A DNA stretch of 64,000 nucleotides from Octopus vulgaris (Eukaryota). Under the pieces are notes generated by a model. It was not told where the DNA came from, ran no database searches, and saw nothing but the letters and a program-made list of their open reading frames with translations. A program made the translations under genes and the position numbers. The first letter of the stretch is position 1. Each line of letters begins with the position of its first letter. Location of the stretch: assembly GCA_951406725.2 (NCBI GenBank), contig OX597827.1, forward strand, positions 5,332,001-5,396,000. The letters are read 5' to 3'. This document shows positions 1 to 12,129 of the stretch, one piece after another.

Positions 1-128
1 GTCACAATCTATGTTCCTAACACTAGCTTAATGATAACTAAGTTATTTTACTAAATTCTTTGTTATATTTAAAGTAATTGAAAGAAACACAGAGCATCTC
101 AACAGAAATATGGTAACAAAAGGGTTAA
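1..128 (-). mobile_element. piggyBac-like MITE, partial (cut by window edge)
   Basis: Reverse complement of part of the 59170-59390 element; ends AAAGGG followed by TTAA at 125-128. Confidence 0.8.
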
Positions 129-532
129 TCAACATATTCCCCTCTCAGACACACACACTTATTGCAGTGGTCCTTTAGTTTCTCTAAACCCTGTAAAAAA
201 GCTTGGAAGGTTGAGCCTCCAACCAGGCCTTTTGCAATGCCCATAAAGCCAGGATTTTTCAGCACTCTATCTTAAAAGGCGTGAGAATATGCTCAAACAT
301 TTAGATTTCTGCCGTCTGACACACATTTAACTTTCAAGATGCCATGGCATTCATTTTCAGCTGAGCAAATTGAAGCAATGTGAAATAAAATGTTTTGATC
401 GAGGACACAATGTGAAGCTCCCCTTTGTGAATTGAACCCATGACTTAAACAGTCCTGAGTCCAACACCCAAACCACTACATCTCCCTCCCTGCTGTTCCT
501 ACTCCTTGCACATTATGCTCCCACTATTTTCT

Positions 533-944
533 TATTTCTTTACTGCCCACAAGGGACTACACACAGAGGGGACAAACAAGGACAGACAAAGTGATTAAGT
601 CGATTATATTGACCCCAGTGCATGACTGGTACTTATTTAATCGACCCCAAAAGGATGAAAGGCAAAGTCGACCTCGACGAAATTTGAGCTCAGAATGTAG
701 CGGCAGATGAAATACCTATTTCTTTACTACCCACAAGGGGCTAAACACAGAGGGGACAAACAAGGACAGACAAACGGATTAAGTCGATTATATTGACCCC
801 AGTGCATAACTGGTGCTTATTTAATCAACCCCGAAAGGATGAAAGGCAAAGTCGACCTCGGCAGAATTTGAACTCAGAACATAGCGGCAGACAAAATACC
901 GCTAAGCATTTCGCTCGGCGTGCTAACGTTTCTGCCAGCTCACC
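533..944 (-). mobile_element. tRNA-derived SINE family A, head-to-tail dimer
   Basis: Full copy 718-944 plus 5'-truncated copy 533-717; B-box GAGTTCAAATT, central GCCTTTCATCCTTTCGGGG motif, 3' end AAAGAAATA; flanking CTATTTTCT duplication. Confidence 0.85.
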
Positions 945-1579
945 CTATTTTCTGATTAACCCTTTGTCCTCAGCCACTTCTATCTCTCTCATCTTACCCA
1001 CCTCTCTTTACTAGCATTTCCAATCAACCGCACCTCTTCCCTTATTCATTATTCACTTCATTCACAACTACTCTAACACTAAGCGTTTGTTTCTCTCCTC
1101 TCACATTCTTATAAAACTTATCCACCTTCTCCTGTCCCTTCTTCCACTGCCTGTGTCCTCTTTTATGCTCACCTACTTGTACCTTGAGGGTTTGTTTTGA
1201 CACTCATCACTACCATCTTTATCTCTTTTCCAGCCATGTCCCACCAGTATACAATACAGGGTAGCCATGCATCTCCTCTATAGCTTGGGCTCCTGATAGA
1301 AAGAGGCAGCAGTTGTTGACTGTTCAACTGTCAATTTTATATTTCATTTTTAAATAATAATGTGAGTTGGTTTGATATTTGGTCTATCTGAATATGGGCA
1401 TCTGAATTCAAAAATTATATTTGTGGTGTTGTCTCATATCCTCTGAAGCATGTGGAGAATATTGCAAGAATTAACTTCGACAATAGCGGCTCAGGTATTG
1501 GAAAATATTAAACTTTGTACATAAACGGTTAAATTGTTGGAATGGTTGAATTGAAATTTATTCTGTACATAAACAGCAT

Positions 1580-1822
1580 AGGTGATGACAAAGATGTCAT
1601 TGGTGGCATCACTGCTGCAATTGCTGATGCTGATGGTGATGATGAGGATAGTGATGTTGATCAGGGTGGTGGTGGTGGTGATGGTAGGGGTGATGATGAT
1701 GATGATGATGATGGTGGGAGTGGTGATTATGGTGGTGATGGTATTAGTGATGGTTGTGGTGATTGTGATGGTGATGATGGTGATTGTAGTGGTGATAATG
1801 GTAGTTGTGGTGATTATGATGG

Positions 1823-1853
<31 letters not shown>

Positions 1854-2072
1854 GGCAGAATTGGCAGCGGCTGTGATGGTGGCAGCAGCAGTGGTGGTGG
1901 TGGTGGTGCTGGTAGTAGTGGTTGTGGTGCTGGTAGTAGTGGTGGTGATGGTGATGGTAGTGGTGATGAGGAGGAGGATGATGATGATGATGATGATGAT
2001 GACAATGATGGTGGTGGCAGGAGTGGTAGTGGTAGATGTAGTGGTGGTGGTGGTGGTGGTGGTGGTGGTAGT
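1580..2072. repeat. Degenerate (GGT/GAT)n trinucleotide low-complexity tract
   Basis: Direct reading; source of the Gly/Asp and Val/Met ORFs. Confidence 0.9.
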
Positions 2073-2420
2073 TGTTTTGCTTTTTATAGCTTAGTCAGGC
2101 AGCACCCTCAACCATTTATTCAGGTTCTTTGACCCTGGTGCGAAAGAGCTTTGCATTGTGGACTTTGCTAAAAAATCACCCAAGGAACCCATGAAGTGGT
2201 ATCAAACTGTGACAGCTTAAATCTACCACCCAAGAACAAGGACTGGTGATCTGTTAGGCTTTTTATTCACAAGGCCTGGAGTTGACCTGGAATCATTCTA
2301 AAAGGCATTTGCCCCATGGATTGCACTCTAGATGCAAAACCTGGACCTGCGATGCAAAATTTTTAAAATACACGGCCATGCTAGCACACAGAATGGTGTA
2401 TTAGTAATATTGCTGATGAC

Positions 2421-5400
2421 GGTGGTGGTGGTGGTGTTTGTAGTGATGGTGGTAGTTGGGGCAGCAGTGGTGGCAGCAGCATTGAGGTGGTAGTGGTGGT
2501 GGTGGTTGGGGCAGCAGTGGTGGCAGCAGCATTGAGGTGGTAGTGGTGGTGGTGGTTGGGGCAGCAGTGGTGGCAGCAGCATTGAGGTGGTAGTGGTGGT
2601 GGTGGTTGGGGCAGCAGTGGTGGCAGCAGCATTGAGGTGGTAGTGGTGGTGGTGGTTGGGGCAGCAGTGGTGGCAGCAGCATTGAGGTGGTAGTGGTGGT
2701 GGTGGTTGGGGCAGCAGTGGTGGCAGCAGCATTGAGGTGGTAGTGGTGGTGGTGGTTGGGGCAGCAGTGGTGGCAGCAGCATTGAGGTGGTAGTGGTGGT
2801 GGTGGTGGTGGCAGCAGCATTGAGGTGGTAGTGGTGGTGGTGGTTGGGGCAGCAGTGGTGGCAGCAGCATTGAGGTGGTAGTGGTGGTGGTGGTTGGGGC
2901 AGCAGTGGTGGCAGCAGCATTGAGGTGGTAGTGGTGGTGGTGGTTGGGGCAGCAGTGGTGGCAGCAGCATTGAGGTGGTAGTGGTGGTGGTGGTTGGGGC
3001 AGCAGTGGTGGCAGCAGCATTGAGGTGGTAGTGGTGGTGGTGGTTGGGGCAGCAGTGGTGGCAGCAGCATTGAGGTGGTAGTGGTGGTGGTAGTTGGGGC
3101 AGCAGTGGTGGCAGCAGCATTGAGGTGGTAGTGGTGGTGGTGGTTGGGGCAGCAGTGGTTGCAGCAGCATTGAGGTGGTAGTGGTGGTGGTGGTTGGGGC
3201 AGCAGTGGTGGCAGCAGCATTGAGGTGGTAGTGGTGGTGGTGGTTGGGGCAGCAGTGGTGGCAGCAGCATTGAGGTGGTAGTGGTGGTGGTGGTTGGGGC
3301 AGCAGTGGTGGCAGCGATTGGTGGTAGTGGTGGTGGTGGTTGGGGCAGCAGGGGTGGCAGCAGCATTGAGGTGGTAGTGGTGGTGGTGGTTGGGGCAGCA
3401 GTGGTGGCAGCAGCATTGAGGTGGTAGTGGTGGTGGTGGTTGGGGCAGCAGTGGTGGCAGCAGCATTGGGTGGTAGTGGTGGTGGTGGTTGGGGCAGCAG
3501 TGGTGGCAGCAGCATTGAGGTGGTAGTGGTGGTGGTGGTTGGGGCAGCAGTGGTGGCAGCAGCATTGAGGTGGTAGTGGTGGTAGTGGTTGGGGCAGCAG
3601 TGGTGGCAGCAGCATTGAGGTGGTAGTGGTGGTAGTGGTTGGGGCAGCAGTGGTGGCAGCAGCATTGAGGTGGTAGTGGTGGTGGTGGTTGGGGCAGCAG
3701 TGGTGGCAGCAGCATTGAGGTGGTAGTGGTGGTGGTGTTTGGGGCAGCAGTGGTGGCAGCAGCATTGAGGTGGTAGTGGTGGTGGTGGTTGGGGCAGCAG
3801 TGGTGGCAGCAGCATTGAGGTGGTAGTGGTGGTGGTTGGGGCAGCAGTGGTGGCAGCAGCATTGGTGGTAGTGGTGGTGGTAGTTGGGGCAGCAGTGGTG
3901 GCAGCAGCATTGGTGGTAGTGGTGGTGGTGGTTGGGGCAGCAGTGGTGGCAGCAGCATTGAGGTGGTAGTGGTGGTAGTGGTTGGGGCAGCAGTGGTGGC
4001 AGCAGCATTGCGGTGGTAGTGGTGGTGGTGGTTGGGGCAGCAGTGGTGGCAGCAGCATTGAGGTGGTAGTGGTGGTGGTAGTAGGGGCAGCAGTGGTGGC
4101 AGCAGCATTGAGGTGGTAGTGGTGGTGGTGGTTGGGGCAGCATTGAGGTGGTAGTGGTGGTGGTTGGGGCAGCAGTGGTGGCAGCAGCATTTTGGTGGTA
4201 GTGGTGGTGGTGGTTGGGGCAGCAGTGGTGGCAGCATTTTGAGGTGGTAGTGGTGGTTGGGGCAGCAGTGGTGGCAGCAGCATTGAGGTGGTAGTGGTGG
4301 TGGTGGTTGGGGCGGCAGTGGTGGCAGCAGCATTGAGGTGGTAGTGGTGGTGGTGGTTGGGGCAGCAGTGGTGGCAGCAGCATTGAGGTGGTAGTGGTGG
4401 TGGTGGTTGGGGCAGCAGTGGTGGCAGCAGCATTGAGGTGGTAGTGGTGGTGGTAGTTGGGGCAGCAGTGGTGGCAGCAGCATTGAGGTGGTAGTGGTGG
4501 TGGTGGTTGGGGCAGCAGTGGTGGCAGCAGCATTTAGGTGGTAGTGGTGGTGGTTCGGGGCAGCAGAAGGGTGGTAGTGGTGGTGGTGGTGGTAGTGGTG
4601 GTGGTGGTTGGGGCAGCAGTGGTGGCAGCAGCATTGAGGTGGTAGTGGTGGTGGTGGTTGGGGCAGCAGTGGTGGCAGCAGCATTGAGGTGGTAGTGGTG
4701 GTGGTGGTTGGGGCAGCAGTGGTGGCAGCAGCATTGAGGTGGTAGTGGTGGTGGTTGGGGCAGCAGTGGTGGCAGCAGCATTGAGGTGGTAGTGGTGGTG
4801 GTGGTTGGGGCAGCAGTGGTGGCAGCAGCATTGAGGTGGTAGTGGTGGTGGTGGTTGGGGCAGCAGTGGTGGCAGCAGCATTGAGGTGGTAGTGGTGGTG
4901 GTTGGGGCAGCAGTGGTGGCAGCAGCATTGGTGGTAGTGGTGGTGGTGGTTGGGGCAGCAGTGGTGGCAGCAGCATTGAGGTGGTAGTGGTGGTGGTGGT
5001 TGGGGCAGCAGTGGTGGCAGCAGCATTGAGGTGGTAGTGGTGGTGGTAGTTGGGGCAGCAGTGGTGGCAGCAGCATTGAGGTGGTAGTGGTGGTGGTGGT
5101 TGGGGCAGCAGTGGTGGCAGCAGCATTGAGGTGGTAGTGGTGGTGGTGGTTGAGGCAGCAGTGGTGGTGGTTGTGGCAGCAGTGGTGGTGGTTGTGGCAG
5201 CAGTAGTGGCAGCAGCATTGAGGTGGTAGTGGTGGTGGTGGTTGGGGCAGCAGTGGTGGCAGCAGCATTGAGGTGGTAGTGGTGGTGGTGGTTGGGGCAG
5301 CAGTGGTGGCAGCAGCATTGAGGTGGTAGTGGTGGTGGTGGTTGGGGCAGCAGTGGTGGCAGCAGCATTGAGGTGGTAGTGGTGGTGGTTGGGGCAGCAG

Positions 5401-8400
5401 TGGTGGCAGCAGCATTGAGGTGGTAGTGGTGGTGGTGGTTGGGGCAGCAGTGGTGGTGGTTGGGGCAGCAGTGGTGGTGGTTGTGGCAGCAGTAGTGGCA
5501 GCAGCATTGAGGTGGTAGTGGTGGTGGTGGTTGGGGCAGCAGTGGTGGCAGCAGCATTGAGGTGGTAGTGGTGGTGGTGGTTGGGGCAGCAGTGGTGGCA
5601 GCAGCATTGGTGGTAGTGGTGGTGGTGGTTGGGGCAGCAGTGGTGGCAGCAGCATTGAGCGGGTAGTGGTGGTGGTGGTTGGGGCAGCAGTGGTGGCAGC
5701 AGCATTGAGGTGGTAGTGGTGGTGGTTGGGGCAGCAGTGGTGGCAGCAGCAGTGGTGGTAGTGGTGGTGGGTCGCGCAGCAGTGGTGGCAGCAGCATTGA
5801 GGTGGTAGTGGTGGTGGTGGTTGAGGCAGCAGTGGTGGCAGCAGCATTGGTGGTAGTGGTGGTGGTGGTTGGGGGGCAGCAGTGGTGGCAGCAGCATTGA
5901 GGTGGTAGTGGTGGTGGTAGTTGGGGCTGTTGTTGTGGTGGCAGCAGCATTGAGGTGGTAGTGGTGGTGGTGGTTGGGGCAGCAGTGGTGGCAGCAGCAT
6001 GGTGGTAGTGGTGGTGGTGGTTGGGGCAGCAGTGGTGGCAGCAGCATTGAGGTGGTAGTGGTGGTGGTTGGGGCAGCAGTGGTGGCAGCAGCATTGACGT
6101 GGTAGTGGTGGTGGTGGTTGGGGCAGCAGTGGTGGCAGCAGCATTGAGGTGGTAGTGGTGGTGGTTGGGGCAGCAGTGGTGGCAGCAGCATTGAGGTGGT
6201 AGTGGTGGTGGTGGTTGGGGCAGCAGTGGTGGCAGCAGCATTGGTGGTAGTGGTGGTGGTGGTTGGGGCAGCAGTGGTGGCAGCAGCATTTGGTGGTAGT
6301 GGTGGTGGTAGTTGGGGCAGCAGTGGTGGCAGCAGCATTGAGGTGGTAGTGGTGGTGGTGGTTGGGGCAGCAGTGGTGGCAGCAGCATTGAGGTGGTAGT
6401 GGTGGTGGTGGTTGGGGCAGCAGTGGTGGCAGCAGCTTGGTGGTAGTGGTGGTGGTGGTTGGGGCAGCAGTGGTGGCAGCAGCATTGAGGTGGTAGTGGT
6501 GGTGGTTGGGGCAGCAGTGGTGGCAGCAGCATTGAGGTGGTAGTGGTGGTGGTGGTTGGGGCAGCAGTGGTGGCAGCAGCATTGAGGTGGTAGTGGTGGT
6601 GGTGGTTGGGGCAGCAGTGGTGGCAGCAGCATTGAGGTGGTAGTGGTGGTGGTAGTTGGGGCAGCAGTGGTGGCAGCAGCATTGAGGTGGTAGTGGTGGT
6701 GGTGGTTGGGGCAGCAGTGGTGGCAGCAGCATTGAGGTGGTAGTGGTGATGGTTGGGGCAGCAGTGGTGGCAGCAGCATTGAGGTGGTAGTGGTGGTGGT
6801 GGTTGGGCGCAGCAGTGGTGGTAGTGGTGGTGGTTCGGGCAGCAGTGGTGGCAGCAGCATTGAGGTGGTGGTGGTGGTGGTTGGGGCAGCAGTGGTGGCA
6901 GCAGCATTGAGGTGGTAGTGGTGGTGGTGGTTGGGGCAGCAGTGGTGGTGGTGGTTGGGGCAGCAGTGGTGGCAGCAGCATTGAGGTGGTAGTGGTGGTG
7001 GTGGTTGGGGCAGCAGTGGTGGCAGCAGCATTGAGGTGGTAGTGGTGGTGGTGGTTGGGGCAGCAGTGGTGGCAGCAGCATTGAGGTGGTAGTGGTGGTG
7101 GTGGTTGGGGCAGCAGTGGTGGCAGCAGCATTGAGGTGGTAGTGGTGGTGGTGGTTGGGGCAGCAGTGGTGGCAGCAGCATTGAGGTGGTAGTGGTGGTG
7201 GTGGTTGGGGCAGCAGTGGTGGCAGCAGCATTGAGGTGGTAGTGGTGGTGGTGGTTGGGGCAGCAGTGGTGGCAGCAGCATTGAGGTGGTAGTGGTGGTG
7301 GTGGTTGGGGCAGCAGTGGTGGCAGCAGCATTGAGGTGGTAGTGGTGGTGGTTCGGGCAGCAGTGGTGGCAGCAGCATTGAGGTGGTAGTGGTGGTGGTG
7401 GTTGGGGCAGCAGTGGTGGCAGCAGCATTGAGGTGGTAGTGGTGGTGGTGGTTGGGGCAGCAGTGGTGGCAGCAGCATTGAGGTGGTAGTGGTGGTGGTG
7501 GTTGGGGCAGCAGTGGTGGCAGCAGCATTGAGGTGGTAGTGGTGGTGGTTGGGGCAGCAGTGGTGGTGGTTGTGGCAGCAGTGGTGGCAGCAGCATTGAG
7601 GTGGTAGTGGTGGTGGTTGGGGCAGCAGTAGTGGCAGCAGCATTGAGGTGGTAGTGGTGGTGGTTGCGGCAGCAGTGGTGGTGGTTGTGGCAGCAGTGGT
7701 GGCAGCAGCATTGAGGTGGTAGTGGTGGTGGTGGTTGGGGCAGCAGTGGTGGCAGCAGCATTGAGGTGGTAGTGGTGGTGGTGGTTGGGGCAGCAGTGGT
7801 GGCAGCAGCATTGAGGTGGTAGTGGTGGGGTGGTTGGGGCAGCAGTGGTGGCAGCAGCATTGAGGTGGTAGTGGTGGTGGTGGTTGGGGCAGCAGTGGTG
7901 GCAGCAGCATTGAGGTGGTAGTGGTGGTGGTTGGGGCAGCAGTGGTGGCAGCAGCATTGAGGTGGTAGTGGTGGTGGTTGGGGCAGCAGTGGTGGCAGCA
8001 GCATTGAGGTGGTAGTGGTGGTAGTGGTTGGGGCAGCAGTGGTGGCAGCAGCATTGAGGTGGTAGTGGTGGTGGTTGGGGCAGCAGTGGTGGCAGCAGCA
8101 TTGGAGGTGGTAGTGGTGGTGGTGGTTGGGGCAGCAGTGGTGGCAGCAGCATTGAGGTGGGAGTGGTGGTGGTTGGGGCAGCAGTGGTGGCAGCAGCATT
8201 GAGGTGGTAGTGGTGGTGGTGGTTGGGGCAGCAGTGGTGGCAGCAGCATTGAGGTGGTAGTGGTGGTGGTTCGGGCAGCAGTGGTGGCAGCAGCATTGAG
8301 GTGGTAGTGGTGGTGGTGGTTGGGGCAGCAGTGGTGGCAGCAGCATTGAGGTGGTAGTGGTGGTGGTGGTTGGGGCAGCAGTGGTGGCAGCAGCATTGAG

Positions 8401-10570
8401 GTGGTAGTGGTGATGGTTGGGGCAGCAGTGGTGGCAGCAGCATTGAGGTGGTAGTGGTGGTGGTGGTTGGGGCAGCAGTGGTGGCAGCAGCATTGAGGTG
8501 GTAGTGGTGGTGGTTCGGGCAGCAGTGGTGGCAGCAGCATTGAGGTGGTAGTGGTGGTGGTGGTTGGGGCAGCAGTGGTGGCAGCAGCATTGAGGTGGTA
8601 GTGGTGGTGGTTCGGGCAGCAGTGGTGGCAGCAGCATTGAGGTGGTAGTGGTGGTGGTGGTTGGGGCAGCAGTGGTGGCAGCAGCATTGAGGTGGTAGTG
8701 GTGGTGGTGGTTGGGGCAGCAGTGGTGGCAGCAGCATTGAGGTGGTAGTGGTGGTAGTGGTTGGGGCAGCAGTGGTGGCAGCAGCATTGAGGTGGTAGTG
8801 GTGGTGGTGGTTGGGGCAGCAGTGGTGGCAGCAGCATTGAGGTGGTAGTGGTGGTGGTGGTTGGGGCAGCAGTGGTGGCAGCAGCATTGAGGTGGTAGTG
8901 GTGGTGGTGGTTGGGGCAGCAGTGGTGGCAGCAGCATTGAGGTGGTAGTGGTGGTGGTGGTTGTGGCAGCAGTGGTGGCAGCAGCATTGAGGTGGTAGTG
9001 GTGGTGGTGGTTGGGGCAGCAGTGGTGGCAGCAGCATTGAGGTGGTAGTGGTGGTGGTGGTTGGGGCAGCAGTGGTGGCAGCAGCATTGAGGTGGCAGTG
9101 GTGGTGGTTGTGGCAGCAGTAGTGGCAGCAGCATTGAGGTGGTAGTGGTGGTGGTGGTTGGGGCAGCAGTGGTGGCAGCAGCATTGAGGTGGTAGTGGTG
9201 GTGGTGGTTGGGGCAGCAGTGGTGGCAGCAGCATTGGTGGTAGTGGTGGTGGTGGTTGGGGCAGCAGTGGTGGCAGCAGCATTGAGGTGGTAGTGGTGGT
9301 GGTGGTTGGGGCAGCAGTGGTGGCAGCAGCATTGGAGGTGGTAGTGGTGGTGGTGGTTGGGGCAGCAGTGGTGGCAGCAGCATTGAGGTGGTAGTGGTGG
9401 TGGTGGTTGGGGCAGCAGTGGTGGCAGCAGCATTGAGGTGGTAGTGGTGGTGGTGGTTGGGGCAGCAGTGGTGGCAGCAGCATTGAGGTGGTAGTGGTGG
9501 TGGTTGGGGCAGCAGTGGTGGTGGTTGTGGCAGCAGTGGTGGCAGCAGCATTGAGGTGGTAGTGGTGGTGGTTGGGGCAGCAGTGGTGGCAGCAGCATTG
9601 AGGTGGTAGTGGTGGTGGTGGTTGGGGCAGCAGTGGTGGCAGCAGCATTGAGGTGGTAGTGGTGGTGGTGGTTGGGGCAGCAGTGGTGGCAGCAGCATTG
9701 AGGTGGTAGTGGTGGTGGTTGGGGCAGCAGTGGTGGCAGCAGCATTGAGGTGGTAGTGGTGGTGGTGGTTGGGGCAGCAGTGGTGGTGGTGGTGGTGGTG
9801 GTTGTGGCAGCAGTGGTGGCAGCAGCATTGAGGTGGTAGTGGTGGTGGTTGGGGCAGCAGTGGTGGCAGCAGCATTGAGGTGGTAGTGGTGGTGGTGGTT
9901 GGGGCAGCAGTGGTGGCAGCAGCATTGAGGTGGTAGTGGTGGTGGTGGTTGGGGCAGCAGTGGTGGCAGCAGGTGGTGGTGGTTGGGGCAGCAGTGGTGG
10001 CAGCAGCATTGAGGTGGTAGTGGTGGTGGTTGGGGCAGCAGTGGTGGTGGTTGTGGCAGCAGTAGTGGCAGCAGCATTGAGGTGGTAGTGGTGGTGGTGG
10101 TTGGGGCAGCAGTGGTGGCAGCAGCATTGAGGTGGTAGTGGTGGTGGTGGTTGGGGCAGCAGTGGTGGCAGCAGCATTGAGGTGGTAGTGGTGGTGGTTG
10201 GGGCAGCAGTGGTGGCAGCAGCATTGAGGTGGTAGTGGTGGTGGTTGGGGCAGCAGTGGTGGTGGTTGTGGCAGCAGTGGTGGCAGCAGCATTGAGGTGG
10301 TAGTGGTGGTGGTGGTTGGGGCAGCAGTGGTGGCAGCAGCATTGAGGTGGTAGTGGTGGTGGTGGTTGGGGCAGCAGTGGTGGCAGCAGCATTGAGGTGG
10401 TAGTGGTGGTGGTGGTTGGGGCAGCAGTGGTGGCAGCAGCATTGAGGTGGTAGTGGTGGTGGTTGGGGCAGCAGTGGTGGCAGCAGCATTGAGGTGGTAG
10501 TGGTGGTGGTTGGTGTCATTGCGGTGGTAGTGTTGTTGATTGACAGCATTGTGGTGGTAGTGGTTAGTGG
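2421..10570. repeat. G-rich 50-bp minisatellite, roughly 160 units
   Basis: Unit GCAGCAGTGGTGGCAGCAGCATTGAGGTGGTAGTGGTGGTGGTGGTTGGG; variants are mostly GGT indels; edges degenerate. Confidence 0.98.
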
Positions 10571-11569
10571 TGGTGATGGTAGTGATGGCGTTGGTAAATG
10601 AGATGGCTGTGATGATTATGAAGATGATGATGATAGTGTGATAATGATAATTGCGGTCATGGAGATGATGATGATGATGATGATGATGATGTCAATGGTG
10701 TTGGTCATGATACAGGGGAAAAAAAAAATCTATAGAACTTGCTAAATCTCCAGCCTTTTCCCTTTTTCTCACCTGACTTGTTCAATATTAATAACAACAG
10801 CAATAATAATATATAATACATAATAAATACAACTAGTCTCTGGTACTACTTTCCGTTCTGAAACCATCAATGCATAAATAGAATTTATGTCCAATAATTC
10901 TCTGTATCTTCCAGAACCTTCCTTTATTTACTCTTTCACAAGATCCCTGGTTACTTTCTACATTCACAAGAATAAAGTAGATCTAAAATATATTGAATAG
11001 TTACAGCAGTAGATATAGTTACAACTTTTTACCATTATAAATATTATCTAAATGTTTCAAGCTTATTTATTGTAAGTGTAACAGCTTTACTACTTCATCA
11101 TTCTACACAAAAACCAGTTCGGTATATTTTCACAATATTCTCCGTATGCTTCACAGCATAACAGGTGAGGCGTCTACGAATAAAACTTCTGGATTCAGAT
11201 AGCCGTGTTTCAGACTTACAAAATGCCAACTGCTCACATTATCAACTAAAAAAAAAACAAAAAAACAAAAAATACTAAAAACCTATCTACTTGCATTCTG
11301 TGAATTGTGATGGTGCCAATATGGTCAGAGTAACGTCTAAATACTGTGAGTATTGGGAAAATAAATATCCTCTATGTAATAACAGTTCCAAATTCTGGCA
11401 TGCGGCCAGCAATTCTGTGGAGGGTTAAGTTGATGACATCAACCTCAATGATCAACTGGTACTTATTTTATTGACCCCGTAAGGATGAACGGCAAAGTCA
11501 ACTCCAGTAGAATTTGAACTCAGGATGTACAGACAAACGAAATACTGTTAAGCATTATGTGTAGAATTA

Positions 11570-11687
11570 GAGTTCGGCATCACAGAATAGAGCCTCCGTT
11601 TCCAATCTTAATTCACTTTTAGTCATCCGCAGCCATCTTTTTCCTCTGTCCGTCTTATCTTCAACATCCCTATGAAATTGTCCATAC
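11570..11687 (-). pseudogene. R4/Dong-like non-LTR retrotransposon fragment (post-RT region)
   Basis: Translates YGQFHRDVEDKTDRGKRWLRMTKSELRLETEALFCDAEL, resembling the HGQF...W.WL..G.LK.ETE.LI.AAQ segment of R4/Dong ORFs. Confidence 0.7.
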
Positions 11688-11719
11688 TGTAGAAAGGCTT
11701 ATTATTATTATTATTATTC

Positions 11720-12093
11720 AGTAGTTTTATTTTTATAGCATGCTTTCACTTCACTACCGAGCGCAGTTCTGTGTGCCTTGGGTATGTGCTGTGATTTGTT
11801 GTGGTGCTCTGATGGTTATTGTATGGAAAGTGTTCTGCGTAGAATGTGTGCAGTGCCTAGTAGTGCAATTTTCTGTATGTTATATGTGTTTGTAAGTCCT
11901 GGTGTTTTTGTTATGTATTTGTCTGAATATTTTTTTATCATGCCTAATGCACCTACTATGATAGGAATTGTTTCTGTTTTTAGATTCCAAATTCTGGTTA
12001 CCTCTATTTCCAGGTCTTTGTATTTTGAAAGTTTCTCCATTTCTTTTAGAGACACGTTGTCATCTGCCGGTATTGATACATCAATTAGAAAGC

Positions 12094-12096
<3 letters not shown>
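11720..12096 (-). pseudogene. 3' end of RLE non-LTR retrotransposon (R4/Dong-like)
   Basis: ORF 11816-12055 KLSKYKDLEIEVTRIW...PIIVGALG...QKIALLGTAHILRR is an RLE C-terminus; bounded by (TAA)n tracts. Confidence 0.85.

Positions 12097-12129
<33 letters not shown>

Noticed and set aside
1542-2132. Gly/Asp-rich and Val/Met-rich ORFs
   Set aside because: Translations of a GGT/GAT microsatellite
2328-10549. 2704-, 2722-, 1952- and 710-aa ORFs as genuine genes
   Set aside because: They are translations of a 50-nt stop-free repeat in overlapping frames, with no unique domain or signal peptide; kept only as a hypothesis in findings
2421-10570. CRISPR array
   Set aside because: No unique spacers and no cas genes; eukaryotic context
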